From NCBI GenBank assembly GCA_002256025.1, contig NKIB01004673.1:62001-126000 (forward strand): DNA of 64,000 bases, written 5' to 3'. The position numbers and the translations under genes were made by a program. Position 1 is the first letter of the stretch; the number at the start of each line of letters is the position of its first letter. Source of the stretch: Asterionella formosa. Lineage: Eukaryota. The notes under the pieces were generated by a model. That model was not told the DNA's origin, did no database searches, and was given only the letters and a program-made list of their open reading frames with translations. Shown here piece by piece: positions 34,596 through 47,871 of this stretch.

Positions 34596-36749
34596 TTAAG
34601 TCGTCGCAGTTCGTAATATGATAAAGTGAGCTCCACCAGCAGCCATAATTATTTTCCCTTCCTCATTGGATAGAGGCGGGGTGACTATTCTTGCGCCAAC
34701 AATTGAAGTGGGTTCGAGAACATCGCGGTCATTTCCAAGTGCTAAATTTCCGTGTTCATTCCAGCCACAGCTACTGATTTTCCCCGAGCAGTCGAGAATC
34801 ATGGTTGATTCCGACCCACAATGAACTGATTCAATCCCGTACATGGGCTCAAACAACCTTTTCGGAGTTTCAACTTCTTCCGTCGAACCAGTACCAAGTT
34901 GACCCTTATCGTTTCGGCCCCACCCATAGACTTCAATTGTACCATCGAACGATTGCACTGTAGCAACAGTATGGGACCAGCCGCAATCAACAGCAACGCA
35001 TCCGGATCCCAACTCTCCAAGAGAGCCATCAACCACTGATGGAGTACAACATGATTTCCCCATAATAGACCTTCCAAGTTGACCATATTTGTTTTCGCCG
35101 ACTGTCCATATCCTACCGTGCTCGTCTAGTAAGACACTATGTCGCCTCCCACATGCTACTTGAACCACTCGACTACCATCAGCTGGTCGCCATTTCCCAA
35201 AGTTGGCGCCCTCATCTGGCTGTAATATTTGACCAAAGCGTCCGCACCCAAAAGTCAATAAATCACCGTCTGCGGTGATTGCTGCTGAATGAAAGAGACC
35301 TGCTGCTATCGCCACAACCCTTTCGTGCTTCACAAAATCGGGGGTCATTGGATTCACTACAGGGGTACTGGATGCAACTCCGGAAACTTGTCCCCGTTCA
35401 TTATCACCAAATGCAAACAATCTCCCAGTTCCCTTCTCAATCACCAAGGTGTGAGAAAATCCAAATGCGGCATCTTCGACCTTGATATCCTGCAGTGCCC
35501 GAATGATGGGAATTGGTGTGGTGGCATTCTGGTCCTGTCCTGAAGTTCCCAACTGGCCGTGAGCATTCCAGCCCCAAAGAAACAATCTGCCATTTTCTTT
35601 CAAAAGACCACTGTGCCCTCCTCCACAAAATATTTTCTTCACCTTCGCTGCATCCTCTCGCGTTGTACAAAGCACCATTTCTGTGAGTTTATGAGCGTCC
35701 TCTTTATTCACCAAACCAGCATTGTTTTGGTCCGACGCAAGCAATAGTTGATTGTGCTGATTGGATCCACTTCCAAATAAGAAATATAAATCATACTTTT
35801 GAAGCTCTTTTGTCATTTTCGCTAACGAGCTCGTACGAGTATCGCCTACATGATGATCAAATCTTGACTGCCGCGAGACATGTGGATCCTGCATGAATGC
35901 ATCCAAATGGAAGAGGTATTCACTATTCCTTCCACTTGGACCAATGGACACAGCCATAATGGCAGCAGCAAACGGCAAGTCCAATAGCGCACGAGACCAA
36001 AAGGCGGGGTTGTCTGGAGTTCCTCGATATATCAATGCCTTGAACGAGAGTCCGGTAGTGCATTCCACAACCTCAGCGACGTCTCTTGCATAGCCCCCCT
36101 TTTCACGGAAATCTAATTCTTCCAAGCAATGCTCTACTTGATCTGATGGAATTGTATATATGACGCCTTCTGTCATGCTCGGTTTTTCATTTTGTTGTGA
36201 AGGATCGACTTGTGCGGCTCGTACGCTATGCACTTCGTTGTCAGTTAGAAGGGTACAGACAATTCCAGGGAAACTGGGCGTTCCTCGATGGTCAGCACTC
36301 TTTTGGGCCCAACACCGCTGATATCCCATGGCTCGTCCGGGCACCTTAGTGACGCCGTCTTTGGCCAGAGCGCCAGTTCCTGGACTCCAACAAAGTGAGC
36401 CGTACCCGAAGATGCGGAGCGCGCCTTTGTTGTCCTTCAACAATGATTCGATTTCGGAATTATCAGGAACAACTCCGCCGAGGTAAACTTGTTGTTCTGG
36501 ACACCATGTCGGTCCGGAATCTGCGTCTGACATGGACGACATGAAGCTTTTGGGCAGGCGATACCGATGCTGTCGAGATGACGGATGCCGATGGAGGATC
36601 CAGCCAAGTGACGGACAAGTCAACGCCAGGAACAGAGGAAGCCGGAGAATCACGTTCTTGCGTTGTGAGCTGACAACAAGCAGCATGCAAACAGTCACTG
36701 GGTTTCGCTGCTGTGAGCACAACAGGGTTGCTATTGGGGTGGGAGTCAA
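34596..36749 (-). CDS. ChaC-type gamma-glutamylcyclotransferase fused to an RCC1-repeat propeller
   Basis: ChaC motifs IFGYGSL, DHRGTPSFPG, LDFREKGGY and GPSGRNSEYL. Multiple RCC1 repeats (WGWNAHGQLG, GENKYGQLG, WGRNDKGQLG, CGRRHS). Single ORF; true start probably ~36686. Confidence 0.88.
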   Translation of the reverse strand: MTPTPIATLLCSQQRNPVTVCMLLVVSSQRKNVILRLPLFLALTCPSLGWILHRHPSSRQHRYRLPKSFMSSMSDADSGPTWCPEQQVYLGGVVPDNSEIESLLKDNKGALRIFGYGSLCWSPGTGALAKDGVTKVPGRAMGYQRCWAQKSADHRGTPSFPGIVCTLLTDNEVHSVRAAQVDPSQQNEKPSMTEGVIYTIPSDQVEHCLEELDFREKGGYARDVAEVVECTTGLSFKALIYRGTPDNPAFWSRALLDLPFAAAIMAVSIGPSGRNSEYLFHLDAFMQDPHVSRQSRFDHHVGDTRTSSLAKMTKELQKYDLYFLFGSGSNQHNQLLLASDQNNAGLVNKEDAHKLTEMVLCTTREDAAKVKKIFCGGGHSGLLKENGRLFLWGWNAHGQLGTSGQDQNATTPIPIIRALQDIKVEDAAFGFSHTLVIEKGTGRLFAFGDNERGQVSGVASSTPVVNPMTPDFVKHERVVAIAAGLFHSAAITADGDLLTFGCGRFGQILQPDEGANFGKWRPADGSRVVQVACGRRHSVLLDEHGRIWTVGENKYGQLGRSIMGKSCCTPSVVDGSLGELGSGCVAVDCGWSHTVATVQSFDGTIEVYGWGRNDKGQLGTGSTEEVETPKRLFEPMYGIESVHCGSESTMILDCSGKISSCGWNEHGNLALGNDRDVLEPTSIVGARIVTPPLSNEEGKIIMAAGGAHFIILRTATT

Positions 36750-37297
36750 CGATGAAAGGCTCCATCAAATTACTAGTTATGATACCAGGACTACCAGGAT
36801 ACCTTGTGGGAAGTAACTGGGTATCTGGTTACCAGGCAGGTTCCGCTATCAAACACTCCCATTATTTTTGGATTGCTTTTTATATACACATGTAGTATTT
36901 TTTATATAAAAATATACGACATCAAAATGATTCAACATTTTTCTCGTTGCTTCTTGCTTGTTCTTGTGAGTGCTGTGAATTTTTACTGGTTGTACATAAG
37001 ATCGATAGCTGTGCTGGAATACATTTATTTAACTCCAGTACCGGGTAGATATAAATAGATATACCCCCTGGTATACCGGTACTCCCTGTACTGTTTATGT
37101 ACATACACACAGCTGAAGTGATGATAATTTTCGATGTTTCTGTTGAATGTACGGTACCCCCCTGGTACTCTACCGTAGGCACTCTTGTACTAGGTACCCA
37201 CAAAACAAGCATCCATGACGGTTGCAGAAACAGAAATGTTCAAATAATAGTGTAGTCATTTCATGCTACTCCTGTCGTCAAACCAGCCAACCATTTG

Positions 37298-38530
37298 ATG
37301 CGCGTCTACTTGTCCTATATTCCTCTATCTCTACTGTATCGCTCATCCCGTGCGATCCCAGAAAAATCTACGTCGTTTGAGGTCAGAGCTGCTTCTTCGA
37401 TGACCTTGTCGTCCTGTTCCGTTGGAGGTGGTGCCATTAATGAGAAGGAACGAAGCCTCACCAAACGAGAAAACCTGGAAAGATTACATACAGATTATGC
37501 GTTTGATCCTTCCAATCAACGATCTCATCTTTGGCACGCGTTGGAAGGTCTCCATCGATACCCGAGCTACCTTTCGCGATGGCAAGAAGCAGACATGGAA
37601 GCGTTGGAGAAGGCTCTGGAGGAGCAACTTCAACAAGTCAGACAGCAAAAGAAGGAAGTTTTGGAGAGACGTGGGCGTATTGAAATTATGATGAAGCAGC
37701 TCGATCAAACATTTATGCTCTTTTTTCCGCAAAGCTGGGACCAAGTTAAAGAAATACTAGATCCAATAGCCGCCGACGCAATCTTCAAATCAAAATGGTA
37801 TCGAACAAATCCTCCGACCATAGATGAAGTATTAAGCGGACGATATCAGGTTGAACTAGATTCTCACTTGTTAGAGGCATTGATGGAGCAAGAGCTCTTT
37901 GATGTCTATTCTATGCCACTGCTCTCACAGAGATTTTGCGATAAACTACGAGGGTTTGTCAAGGCAGTCGCAGAGTTGGGAGAGTCCGAAGAGTTCGGTG
38001 ACCTAAATGTAGGCAAACAGCCAGTTGATTTGGATACTATTGGACTCTCGTGGATCAATAACCTACTCTTCCATCTTGTCATTAGACCCATTTCTCGACA
38101 TTTATACAAGGATATAGAAACAATTGATGAGCTCGATTGGCGACAAGGCTACATCGCAGGATATTCGGCCAAACCAGCTTCACAAGGTGCAACTCCTAGA
38201 AAAAGACTCGTCTCACATACGGATGACTCGGAAGTTACCTTAAACCTTTGTATTGGTGAAGACTTTGAGGGAGGCGCTCTTCAATTCAGGGGCTTGCGAG
38301 GAACGGATGAAGGAGGCCAATTGATTGGGGCTTTTCAGCCCATTCAGGGGACAGCTCTTATCCACGCTGGACGTCACTTTCATGAAGTTACTGAAGTTAC
38401 GCAAGGAAATCGATACGCATTTATTATCTGGGCAAGATCTTGGAAAGGTTCGAGGAGGCAGACTTGCCCATGTTGCTGGTTAAATCGACGCCAAGACGAC
38501 TTGTGTTTATGCGGTTGGCGATGGAATTAA
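37298..38530 (+). CDS. 2-oxoglutarate/Fe(II)-dependent dioxygenase (prolyl/lysyl hydroxylase-like)
   Basis: HTDDSEVTLN (HxD), FEGGALQF, HAGRHFHEV and GNRYAFIIW. Cys-rich C-terminus. Start uncertain. Confidence 0.85.
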   Translation: MRVYLSYIPLSLLYRSSRAIPEKSTSFEVRAASSMTLSSCSVGGGAINEKERSLTKRENLERLHTDYAFDPSNQRSHLWHALEGLHRYPSYLSRWQEADMEALEKALEEQLQQVRQQKKEVLERRGRIEIMMKQLDQTFMLFFPQSWDQVKEILDPIAADAIFKSKWYRTNPPTIDEVLSGRYQVELDSHLLEALMEQELFDVYSMPLLSQRFCDKLRGFVKAVAELGESEEFGDLNVGKQPVDLDTIGLSWINNLLFHLVIRPISRHLYKDIETIDELDWRQGYIAGYSAKPASQGATPRKRLVSHTDDSEVTLNLCIGEDFEGGALQFRGLRGTDEGGQLIGAFQPIQGTALIHAGRHFHEVTEVTQGNRYAFIIWARSWKGSRRQTCPCCWLNRRQDDLCLCGWRWN

Positions 38531-38661
38531 AGATTGATGAACATGTGAATCATGTAGAAACATTTGTACATTGAATTCATTGGTACTGTGTCCACGACTC
38601 CTATCGTACAACTCTGACTGGGACCTTGAAATCGCGAAGCATCGGGACGAGTGGAGTCATT

Positions 38662-41283
38662 TTAAGGAGGAACGACCACTTTGATGGGACCTGCTTCTTC
38701 GACGAGTGCCACTCGAAGGACTTCGGTTCTATCAATGTCCTTTTCATCCTCTACTTCGCTCGATGTCAGAGAAATAGGTGGCAAGGGTCGACCCGTTATA
38801 TTCGAAGGACTACGGTTTTCATCCTCCTCAAACTTGGGGTACGTGACGTTGCCTGAATCGTCAAGGGCAATATTATCACTATTCTCGGAGGACTCATCCA
38901 ACTCCTTCACGCTCCCCATTTCGTTTCCCCTTCGATTCAGCATGTTGAACCTGTCGCCACATACGTCACTGATACTTGTTTCAAATGATCGTTTCACAAC
39001 TCCAGCCCCAAATAAATGTCGAGTTTGACCGTGCATACTCGCAGTCGAGTTTGTTGCTGAGCCGCCGCCGAAAGCTGTGGTTGCTTTTGCCCATCTTGAA
39101 TCCCCGACAAAGACACGTTCATTTCCTTTAAAGATCGATTGTGAGTCCATCCATTGATCGTCTCTATCCAACACGTTGATCCTTTGACCAGTTTGGTCAA
39201 ATTGATGCACAGCTTTAACAGTTTCCTTGCGCCTCTTTTCAATTTTCGGCTGCAAATATCTGATCAGGAGACCGATAAATGCAAATCCGAAACTGACAAC
39301 CCATATTCCAGTAAGTTGCGCAATAGAAAGAGCGCTTCCTTCTTCCTGTGATGCACTTTTGGGACAGCTCTTCATTGGCTCGGCATCTTTGATCAGTCCA
39401 TCGTACAACCCATCGTTTTTTAGCTTGAGAAAATATGCTATCAGCTCTTGACTAACTCCTTCGAAAATGGGTATCCCAGTCTGAACTTGACCAATTCGAG
39501 CTCCAACGATAGTTTTATTACAATGAAGGCCATTATTTTGCTCGACTACTAAGTCTTCTTCTGGAGCAAAGGCTACATGGCAAAACAAAGGGTTGCCGGC
39601 ATTGGCTTCGTGTATGTCAAGAAAGTTGAACACCCGGACTCTCGATGAACAATTAGCGCAGTTGAATCCGGGAAGACCTTTAGAAATGAAAGTAGTCAAT
39701 GTTTAGTATCAAGAAATGTCCCTTCCCAGGTGACACGCAATGTTCTTACCGTCGCCTCCAAGTTCTATGGGATCAACAACCAAGTTACTGTCGTCAATTT
39801 CAGGATATAAGGCCCTTATGGTCTCTAAATTCTTCCTTTCAGAGCAAATGCGGAGCTTGGCTGACATTACATCGGCGAGATTGCTAATTGAAGATTTTTG
39901 TGCTTGCTGTGTAAGAATGGCGGCTAAATTCGCCGTATCTGTGTAGCATGAAGAGCACGAGGTTAGATTTCTTGACTTGTGGCCGAGCTGGCGACAAACT
40001 GTTAACATCATGTACTTACAAACAGCGATAATTGTAAGGATGAAAAAGGAAATTCCGAGAAGGTTCATCATGGCACCGTAGCTTACTACCGTATGAACAT
40101 AGTTTTGCTGGAGAACAGAAAGAAGGTTGATGTAGATGGCTCTCGTTATGTGCTGATAATACGGCACCCGCCTTTCTTCGACTCGTTCTATCGATCGCCT
40201 TTTATTTTCTTTCACAATCACATTATGTTTCGCTGGATAGGAACTTCCAGGATGGTTGTACTCGTGAATAACCATTAAAGCTCCAAGAAAGGGAATCACA
40301 AAAAAAACTACAAACAGCCAAGTCTGAACCTGGAATGGAGCAAAGACAAGGGAAAGACTCTCTTTGAAATCATCCCAGTTGCTAAGCTGCGTTTGAAGTT
40401 GGACGACAAGGTTCAGCTCCTGACTGTTGAGAATCAACCAATCAGCGGTTATCGCTCGTTGATCCGTAATGGTATACTGTGCCAAACAAAAATCCAAATA
40501 CCCAAGCGAAGTCGCATACACACAAAAATCAAAGGAGCTTGAACCAAAGTAAATCAAGCTTCGATTAGCCAAAAACGATGGGGGAGTAGTTAACTTGATC
40601 TTAAAGTTGCCTCTAGAAGCAGCCGCAATTGCAAAATCTACAACAGGACCAAACCAAAGGGATAAAGGTCCCTCGAATTGCTGTGGAGGGTGTCTGAATG
40701 CACCAACCCATCCGCCACTGTTTGAGTTAAGGCCAACTTTGAAAGTTCTGTTTTCAAGGGATCGAATTCGGGAATTCGAGACAAAGGAATCCACATCCCA
40801 ACAAGTAGCATAGGAATAGAATCGCTGGCTGTTGGGAAAGAATTGAGATCGCCGAAAAAGCAGTGAACAAGTGTTTGGATTGACGTAACAGAAAGATCGT
40901 TCACAGTATGCCCTATCGCAACTTTCTTTTTGTGGCGCAATGTTAGGATCGAACGCGCAGGAACCATCAGTACAACTAGCTGTCTCTGCATCATGTGTGC
41001 CGCAACCAATACCATATGAATAGGGGTTTACAGACCCAAGCAATCCCAGCAATGTGTCAGTCAAGTCTTCTGCAGCAACATCTGTAATTGTATCGTTCGT
41101 CAGACAGGGACATGCATCATTTCCGTTTCTAAAAAAGTCTCGCTCCGTCACATTTTGGCCTTCGACGATTAACGCTGCCATTGACGCCAGCCAAAGAAGC
41201 AATCTAAGCCATCTCAACCCTTGATAGCCCATCTTACTAATACAGGAAACAAGAACCAATAATAGAGTGGCGTTGATATTCAT
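38662..41283 (-). CDS. Ionotropic glutamate receptor-like channel; 3 exons
   Basis: Splicing an intron at ~40018-39939 restores the M3 gate motif YTANLAA. Also YTITDQRA (S1), APFQVQTW pre-M1 and LSIAQLTGIW pre-M4. Second intron ~39749-39679. Confidence 0.8.
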
Positions 41284-44200
41284 GTAAAAATGCGTCAGAA
41301 TTGCAAAACATTTTCAATGCATTTATTTTTCATATCGTCATCAGCATCATCCAAAATCAGAGCAGCAAGCCGTACATAGAAGCAATTCCCGCTCCAGGTA
41401 TACATGAATCGTCTTTCCATTCGGGTACTTTTAAAGAAAATTTGGGGCTCTAAGAAATTTCTTAAGTAATTTTTATTTAGGGGCAATATGGCACATCGAA
41501 TTTTTCGGCATGAAAATTGCCGATTTTAGCACGACAGCCAGAATAACAGTAATATACCGGTACATGTATAGAAATGGTAAAACAAGAATGATTGTACTAG
41601 CATGAAATATCAATGAAAATTGAACATAATGTTTCAGTGGAGACATGTGCATGGTAGTACTTTCACACCAGGCAACATTGACTTTGTTCCATAATGCAAT
41701 CGAAGAGCGAGATAATACAGAAAAGAAGAAAAAACCTCAACCCCATTGAAATCTGCATCGTTATGTAGAGTAGATAATCTGGTTACTGCAACCATGTACA
41801 TAGCTGTAGTAGCCTGACACAAGTAGCAGGAGTGCTTCCACCCACAGTTGTTCGTACCACCAAACAACCCTGATCATTCCATTCTGAGCAAGCATGATCG
41901 TCAGGCTGCTCCAGCACTATTGACTCCCTATAGCTGAATATTTTAACGTAGCTTGTGATACAAACTCTGAGTAGAAAGGTAGCAAAGCGCATTAGCTCAA
42001 GAAAAGCATGATTGCTTGCTGGCAATGTTGCTTGAGGACATCATGGTCAACAACTATACAAATCAACAAATAAGATTAACAACAATATATCTTCAAAGAT
42101 TCTCATTGATTCATACATAGGCCATTGTGTAGATGATGTAGATAGATTCAATTGAACAACAACAAACAACAGGAGCGATCAAAACGGACAATGGAAGCAA
42201 TCAAGTTGCAAATTGGACAAATAGTATCTACATTCCACATGCAGTGTTTCACTGTCATACTCACCAATCCGCTCTAATTAGCATGACAGGCAGCAGATGA
42301 TGGTATCAAAAGAAAGTCGCTCGAAAGGTCCCTGTTGCAAGCCTGAATTGAGCAACGGCAGGCAGGATAGAGTGAGATTTATAATTGTCCGGGCATAGCA
42401 CGTAGCATCAATGATAATTTAACATACTAGTTCAAAGTACGTGTTAAAGTTTAGCTTAAGCCGCCCATGCATGGTTGCTTGTTTAAGTACCATGCACATA
42501 TGTAGGCTACATGATCAGAATATTCACTAAGCACATAAATGACCAGCGCAAAAACTTGCCGCCATCATCAGATATATTGGACTCGTCGTTTGTCCTAGTA
42601 AGAAATATCTAGAATGCGACTACATGTTTCCAACGTGAAGACGAGCAATCCAACAACCAACCGGATCCATTTGACTACAAATCGCTACAGGAGTCATCAA
42701 TGAGCTCATTTCCCTTCAGACTGAGCATGATGGGGGATGATGATCGGCATGGTGAAAGATTAATTGCCGCAGTCACTTTTCATGGGATGAACAAAAACGA
42801 GGTGAATACTAGATGTATTTTAATCAAATCTGTAGAGTTTATAAAATGGTTTCCTAAAGTACTAGATTCCTTGTCGATGTCAGCAACATGAGGGGCAATT
42901 TGCGTAAACTGTCTTGCCAAAATGCAAACATATAAAATATTCAAAATATATTTAATGATGGGCAATATTGGACCTTTGGCAAGATTTGATGAGAATATAG
43001 GAAATATACAAAATATATTTTATATGATGGGCAAGCAAGCTAAAAATGACGTTGTGCTGTATTTGTGGGAAGCACGTAAGCAAATGGCGCGACATTAGCT
43101 AGTTTGTGAATCGGCTCAACAATACCCTGCCCCTTCTTGGTGGCCACATGCCTTCTAATATACACATGTATACTCACACGCAAGAGATCAATTCGGGCGT
43201 GCGTGTCTTGTCTTCAGCAAACGACAGGTTGGGCAGGGGGAAGTATTAAAAACAATTTGGTAGTTCATGTGGCACATAGAGTCGTAAGTAATAGGTACCT
43301 ACTGAACGCACTGGTTCATCTTTACTCCCGTTCATGAATGATAGTTACAACACGCTCAACAGCTCGACAGCTCGATCCACTTCCCTTCAAGGAAGCCCTC
43401 AGCCAGAAGCAATATGCATTTTCAGCACGATAAGACGATGCAGGCGATGAGTACATCAGTTAGATAGTATAATTAGGAAAGTTTAATGCTAAACAGCAAT
43501 GCATGTGGATCGATTAGGGCCATTGATTTTCGTTGGCCAGCATACTGCTGACCTTCATCAGCATAAATTATAATGGCTATTAGTCTCAATGAAAAAAAGC
43601 TACATTAATTATGAGCATGCGTTTCCGGAAAAAATGCTCCGCAGACGTCTAAGAACATACTACTAGCTTAAGTTTGTGCATGTCCGGAACTATGACAAGC
43701 TGGCAATCCACATCTAAGACGCCATTTACGGAGCGCACTTTTTCGGATTTATGTCTAAAGTGATGTATTTATGCTCTTTTCTAAAATATTATGCTTCTTC
43801 TTTGGGAATTTATTTGGGTCAAACCAAAATTTATGTATTATAAAACAAAATTTGCTTCACTTATCGATTAATTATGTGATCACATCGCACAAATCATAAT
43901 TATGTGAGTTCGCAACAATATTGTTTAGCCATCAAAACATTATTATGGTGAAATTACATCACTTCATGCTGGCAATAATATGCTGGTCTCACTACATCAT
44001 TAAACAAAGATTCCCCAATTTCGATTCATTTATTGTTTTTTCCGCTTTCACATTTGTCTTTGATATCAACCAATACCAAAGAGCAACACATTTGTTTGCG
44101 CCAATACCTGCATCCACTGCTACAAAAATTGTAGGCTCCTCAGTACAATCAATCAATTCTCAGTTGATAAATAAATATTTTAGTATCTTTTAATTCAACT

Positions 44201-44949
44201 AATCATGTTACTGTTATATTTGTTGTCTAATTAATTGCTCAGCTGCTACACACGAAAATGTCAAATCGGTTTGCAACGGCGTCGTTTTGAATTGTGCAGC
44301 TCTAGATTCTACTCCATCAGAATTCTATTATGAATGTATTATCTTTGTTGTGCTTGATATATGTACCAAATTGCAAAGCGTTGTTTTAAATTTTCGCAGA
44401 GATTACCGCTATTTTCGTCATGGTCAAGACTGAGACAACATGATGCAGGATGCTCCAGCCGATCACAATGACTACAGCACTGTATTGTTTTGTACATGAA
44501 AAAATCCCGCATTATCTCAGCTAAACAATAGTTTGCTCTGTAGCTTTTTCAACGGATACCTTGGGTACCGTAGTAACCTGAGCATGAATACATCAATACG
44601 TGTTTTCCTTATGATTCTATTACTGATGGAACAGGAATGAACCAGGCTAACATGGTGGTAATCAGCAAGAAACTTAAATGAAAAGAAAGATGAGCAGAAA
44701 CAATTCCAATCATCAGATCAAGAGTTCATATCGATTTTAAATCGACCAGACAAACAACGAGAGTCGCTATCCAGCATCAAAGGCTCACGTATCTACAGGA
44801 TGATAATGGATATCGACAACGACATAACATTGCCTCAGCAAATGCCAAAACGACAAACTAAGACGAGCAGCCACCCAACAGGAAATGCTTGGTAAGTTTG
44901 ATTTTCTTTCTGAGCTTCTCCTTATCTCAGCTCAACCTCCTTTCTAATT

Positions 44950-45296
44950 TAAAAATTGAAACCCACTTATAACGCGCTGTCTAAAACCACGGAATTACAT
45001 GTGGAATTTCATAGCACGGCCTGACAACAAGTCTGTGTGCTTCCCTAGTTTTGTTAGCGTAGGTGAGTCCCCAACCATCTTTCGTGAAAGTCGATCATCT
45101 TAGCCGCAGCGTTAGCAGGAACTCTGACTGCCTAGGAAGACAGCACACTGCTTGTAGGGGGGCAACCACTTTTCTTGCACACAAGGCAAGATCACGCAGA
45201 ATGGTGAGGAGTGTGGGAGTCGAACCCAAAAATTGCGGGAATCAAGCCACACAACTTCAAATAAAAGGCATTGGGTCCAACCAACTGATACATTCC
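44950..45296 (-). mobile_element. tRNA-derived SINE copy 2
   Basis: Family sequence flanked by a 14-bp direct repeat CCTCCTTTCTAATT (44936-44949 and 45297-45310). Confidence 0.88.
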
Positions 45297-46896
45297 CCTC
45301 CTTTCTAATTAATACTTTTTATGATAAAATTCAAGATTCAACCAAGAATTGGTGTCGTTTTCAAACCTTAATTGTCGGATGTTGGTATTGTTTATTTCTT
45401 TGTCTTTCTCTGTTTGCACTAACAAACTACTTCTTTATCTTGATACCATTCAGTGATGTGCCCCGAATGCGATGTGCGGTGTAAATAGTACATCGACACA
45501 GAGAAAATTAAAGGTAAGAATCATGTATGCGATGTTGATGTGGTGATAGATTTTTAATTTCTAAAGCAACACAAACTCACTTTAATCTCCTCACCTGTTT
45601 TTCTCAGATACATGAAACAATGATTGCTTGTTGCTAAGGTATATTGCTACTGAAATAGTGGTATAACTTTTCCTACATGAAGAGCCTGTCAAAATGAGTT
45701 GCTGTATATCCCTTGACACTATTATGCCACATAGTGTTTTCCTGTAGAGCACTGGATGGTGTTCCAGGAGAGCTTCCCACTTCTACTACAGTAAACTAAG
45801 AGGAGCACAAAAATCAATCTGGAAAGAGTCTCCGAACATATATTTTTACCTGTGTAAAGCTAATAGGCAGTTGATGCTCCCTAGTAGTAGTTCTGGCAAA
45901 GGAACAGGAATAATATGAAACACCAGCACACTGGCTGGATTCTGTAGAATGACAGCGATAATTGTCTGCAAGATAGTGTCTAAATCACTGATTTCCTTTA
46001 GTACTTCAATCAAGATTGCCTCGTGCTCCTCCTTGACTGGTACCTGATCCTCAGAGGCCTCAGTAATTTCCAGCATGAAAAATTTATCTTCAATGCACAC
46101 CTTCTCTACAAGCATGGGCCAAGTGCAACTTCACAACCTCCACTATTGTTGAGTTCTTTAATATTACTAGCATACTATAAAATTTACTTTAAAAAATTTT
46201 GCAAAAAAAATATTTAATAAATATATATGACAACTAGTACTATTCCATATTTAGATACTTAACCTTATAGTACCTTATGGTTTCACACAGTTCTCATCAA
46301 GCCGGCAGGTAATTCCTTTTTCACCAAGTTGGATTTTTCTATGCAATATTTTACATTTGGTTTAGCTACTAAGAAAAGGATTTATATAGTATTTCTTCTT
46401 TTTTTGGACAATACAAATAATAATATCTACCTATGGTTTTCAACAATCTTCTGATATCTCTTAAGTAACTATAGAAGATCATGTTCGCTATGATCGTGAG
46501 GAAATTGTGATTTGATGATGCTGGTAATTTTTCAATTGATTACACTACATACACATTTATAGAACATTTGCAGGTCTCCACTTGTGAAAGGTCATTATGC
46601 TATGTTATGGTGGACAACCACAAAAATTGCTTCAGGACACCAAATGTTAGTAGTACTGCCATCATTTGATCAAGCAGGGTAAAGCACTCTTAAATGCAAA
46701 AAGCAAAATTCAAATTATCGCTATATCCTTGATCTGCTCAGTTTTCGAAATAGTCCTTTGACTATGGACCTGATCTCGGAATCACTATTTTTCACTGTAC
46801 TGATCTAAAAATCTGTAATGAGATGTGGTGGCGACTATTCACTCCTTGTTGTTACCCGAGAGACAGAATAATTTCCGTGTTGAATTGCATGTCCTT

Positions 46897-47871
46897 CTAA
46901 TCTTGATGAAGGTGCTCGTCGTGAAGGTGAACTCGCTCCTCAATAAAATCTCCACATATCCACTGCAACCCACGTGGTGGTTTCATAATGCGCTTTAGTG
47001 GCCATCCCCTCACTTCAGCCAATACTGGATATACGTATTCCAAAAAGAAATAAGTATGGCCCACCACAATACCGATCAAATCCATAGTTACGGCATTGCC
47101 AATTAACACTGAAAAAGTGAGCATGACCCAGGGAAGGTATGGAGCATGAAATGTGAAAAATCCTAAAAAGGACATATTGACATCCTCATTTCGCCGCCCC
47201 CAAACATAGACCATCATAAACGTCAAGGCAGAACCAAGAAATTGAACTCCAGTATAACAGGCAACCAATGTCATGGAAGCAATGCCGAAAGCGAGCATTA
47301 AGACAAAGTCGGCAGTTCTGCCTCTGAAATCTCCTTCCTCCAAAAGTCGGCTGTACCTTGACTGATGATGTCGGTCGATTGGATTGATTGGTTAGAGCAG
47401 CTGTTCCTGAACATATTGCATCAACATTTGGACCAAAGTAAAAAAGTACTTGAACGTACCAAAAAGTACATGCGAAACAGAAAATCAACGCTGAAGACTC
47501 CAAAGAATAGCTGTGAAGTATAAGGCATCAATGAGAATAAGTATGCATAAGAATCAAGAAACCAAAAAATGGAATCAAACTTACGTAGGTAGTCAATAAT
47601 CTCCATACTTGTCCCTTTTGAACAATTAAATCCCAGTTGAAATATAGAGAAAAGGGTGTCACGATTTCGACTGCGCATGCCGCTGTTGTCAGAAATGCTC
47701 CAGTTAGATAAATGCGTGAAACGACGGGAATCTCCATGTACCTTCAGATGTGAGCAAGTGTTAGCTAGATCGAAACACAAGTGGCCGTCTCACAAAAGCG
47801 AAAAACCCGTCCTTCAGCGCCTACCATGACATTAGATCCATTCCCCCGCCTGCTGCTCCACCGAAATCCAT
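46897..47871 (-). CDS. DER1: Derlin (ERAD membrane protein); 4 exons
   Basis: MEIPVVSRIYL, GQVWRLLT (WR motif), LEEGDFRGRTADF, YVWGRRN, APYLPWV and GIVVGHTYFFL. GT-AG introns join the exons. Start ATG at 47871. Confidence 0.93.

Noticed and set aside
34094..41283. Functional gene cluster for glutathione/glutamate signalling (ChaC, 2OG oxygenase, iGluR)
   Set aside because: Adjacency only; no shared regulatory evidence is visible and orientations are mixed.
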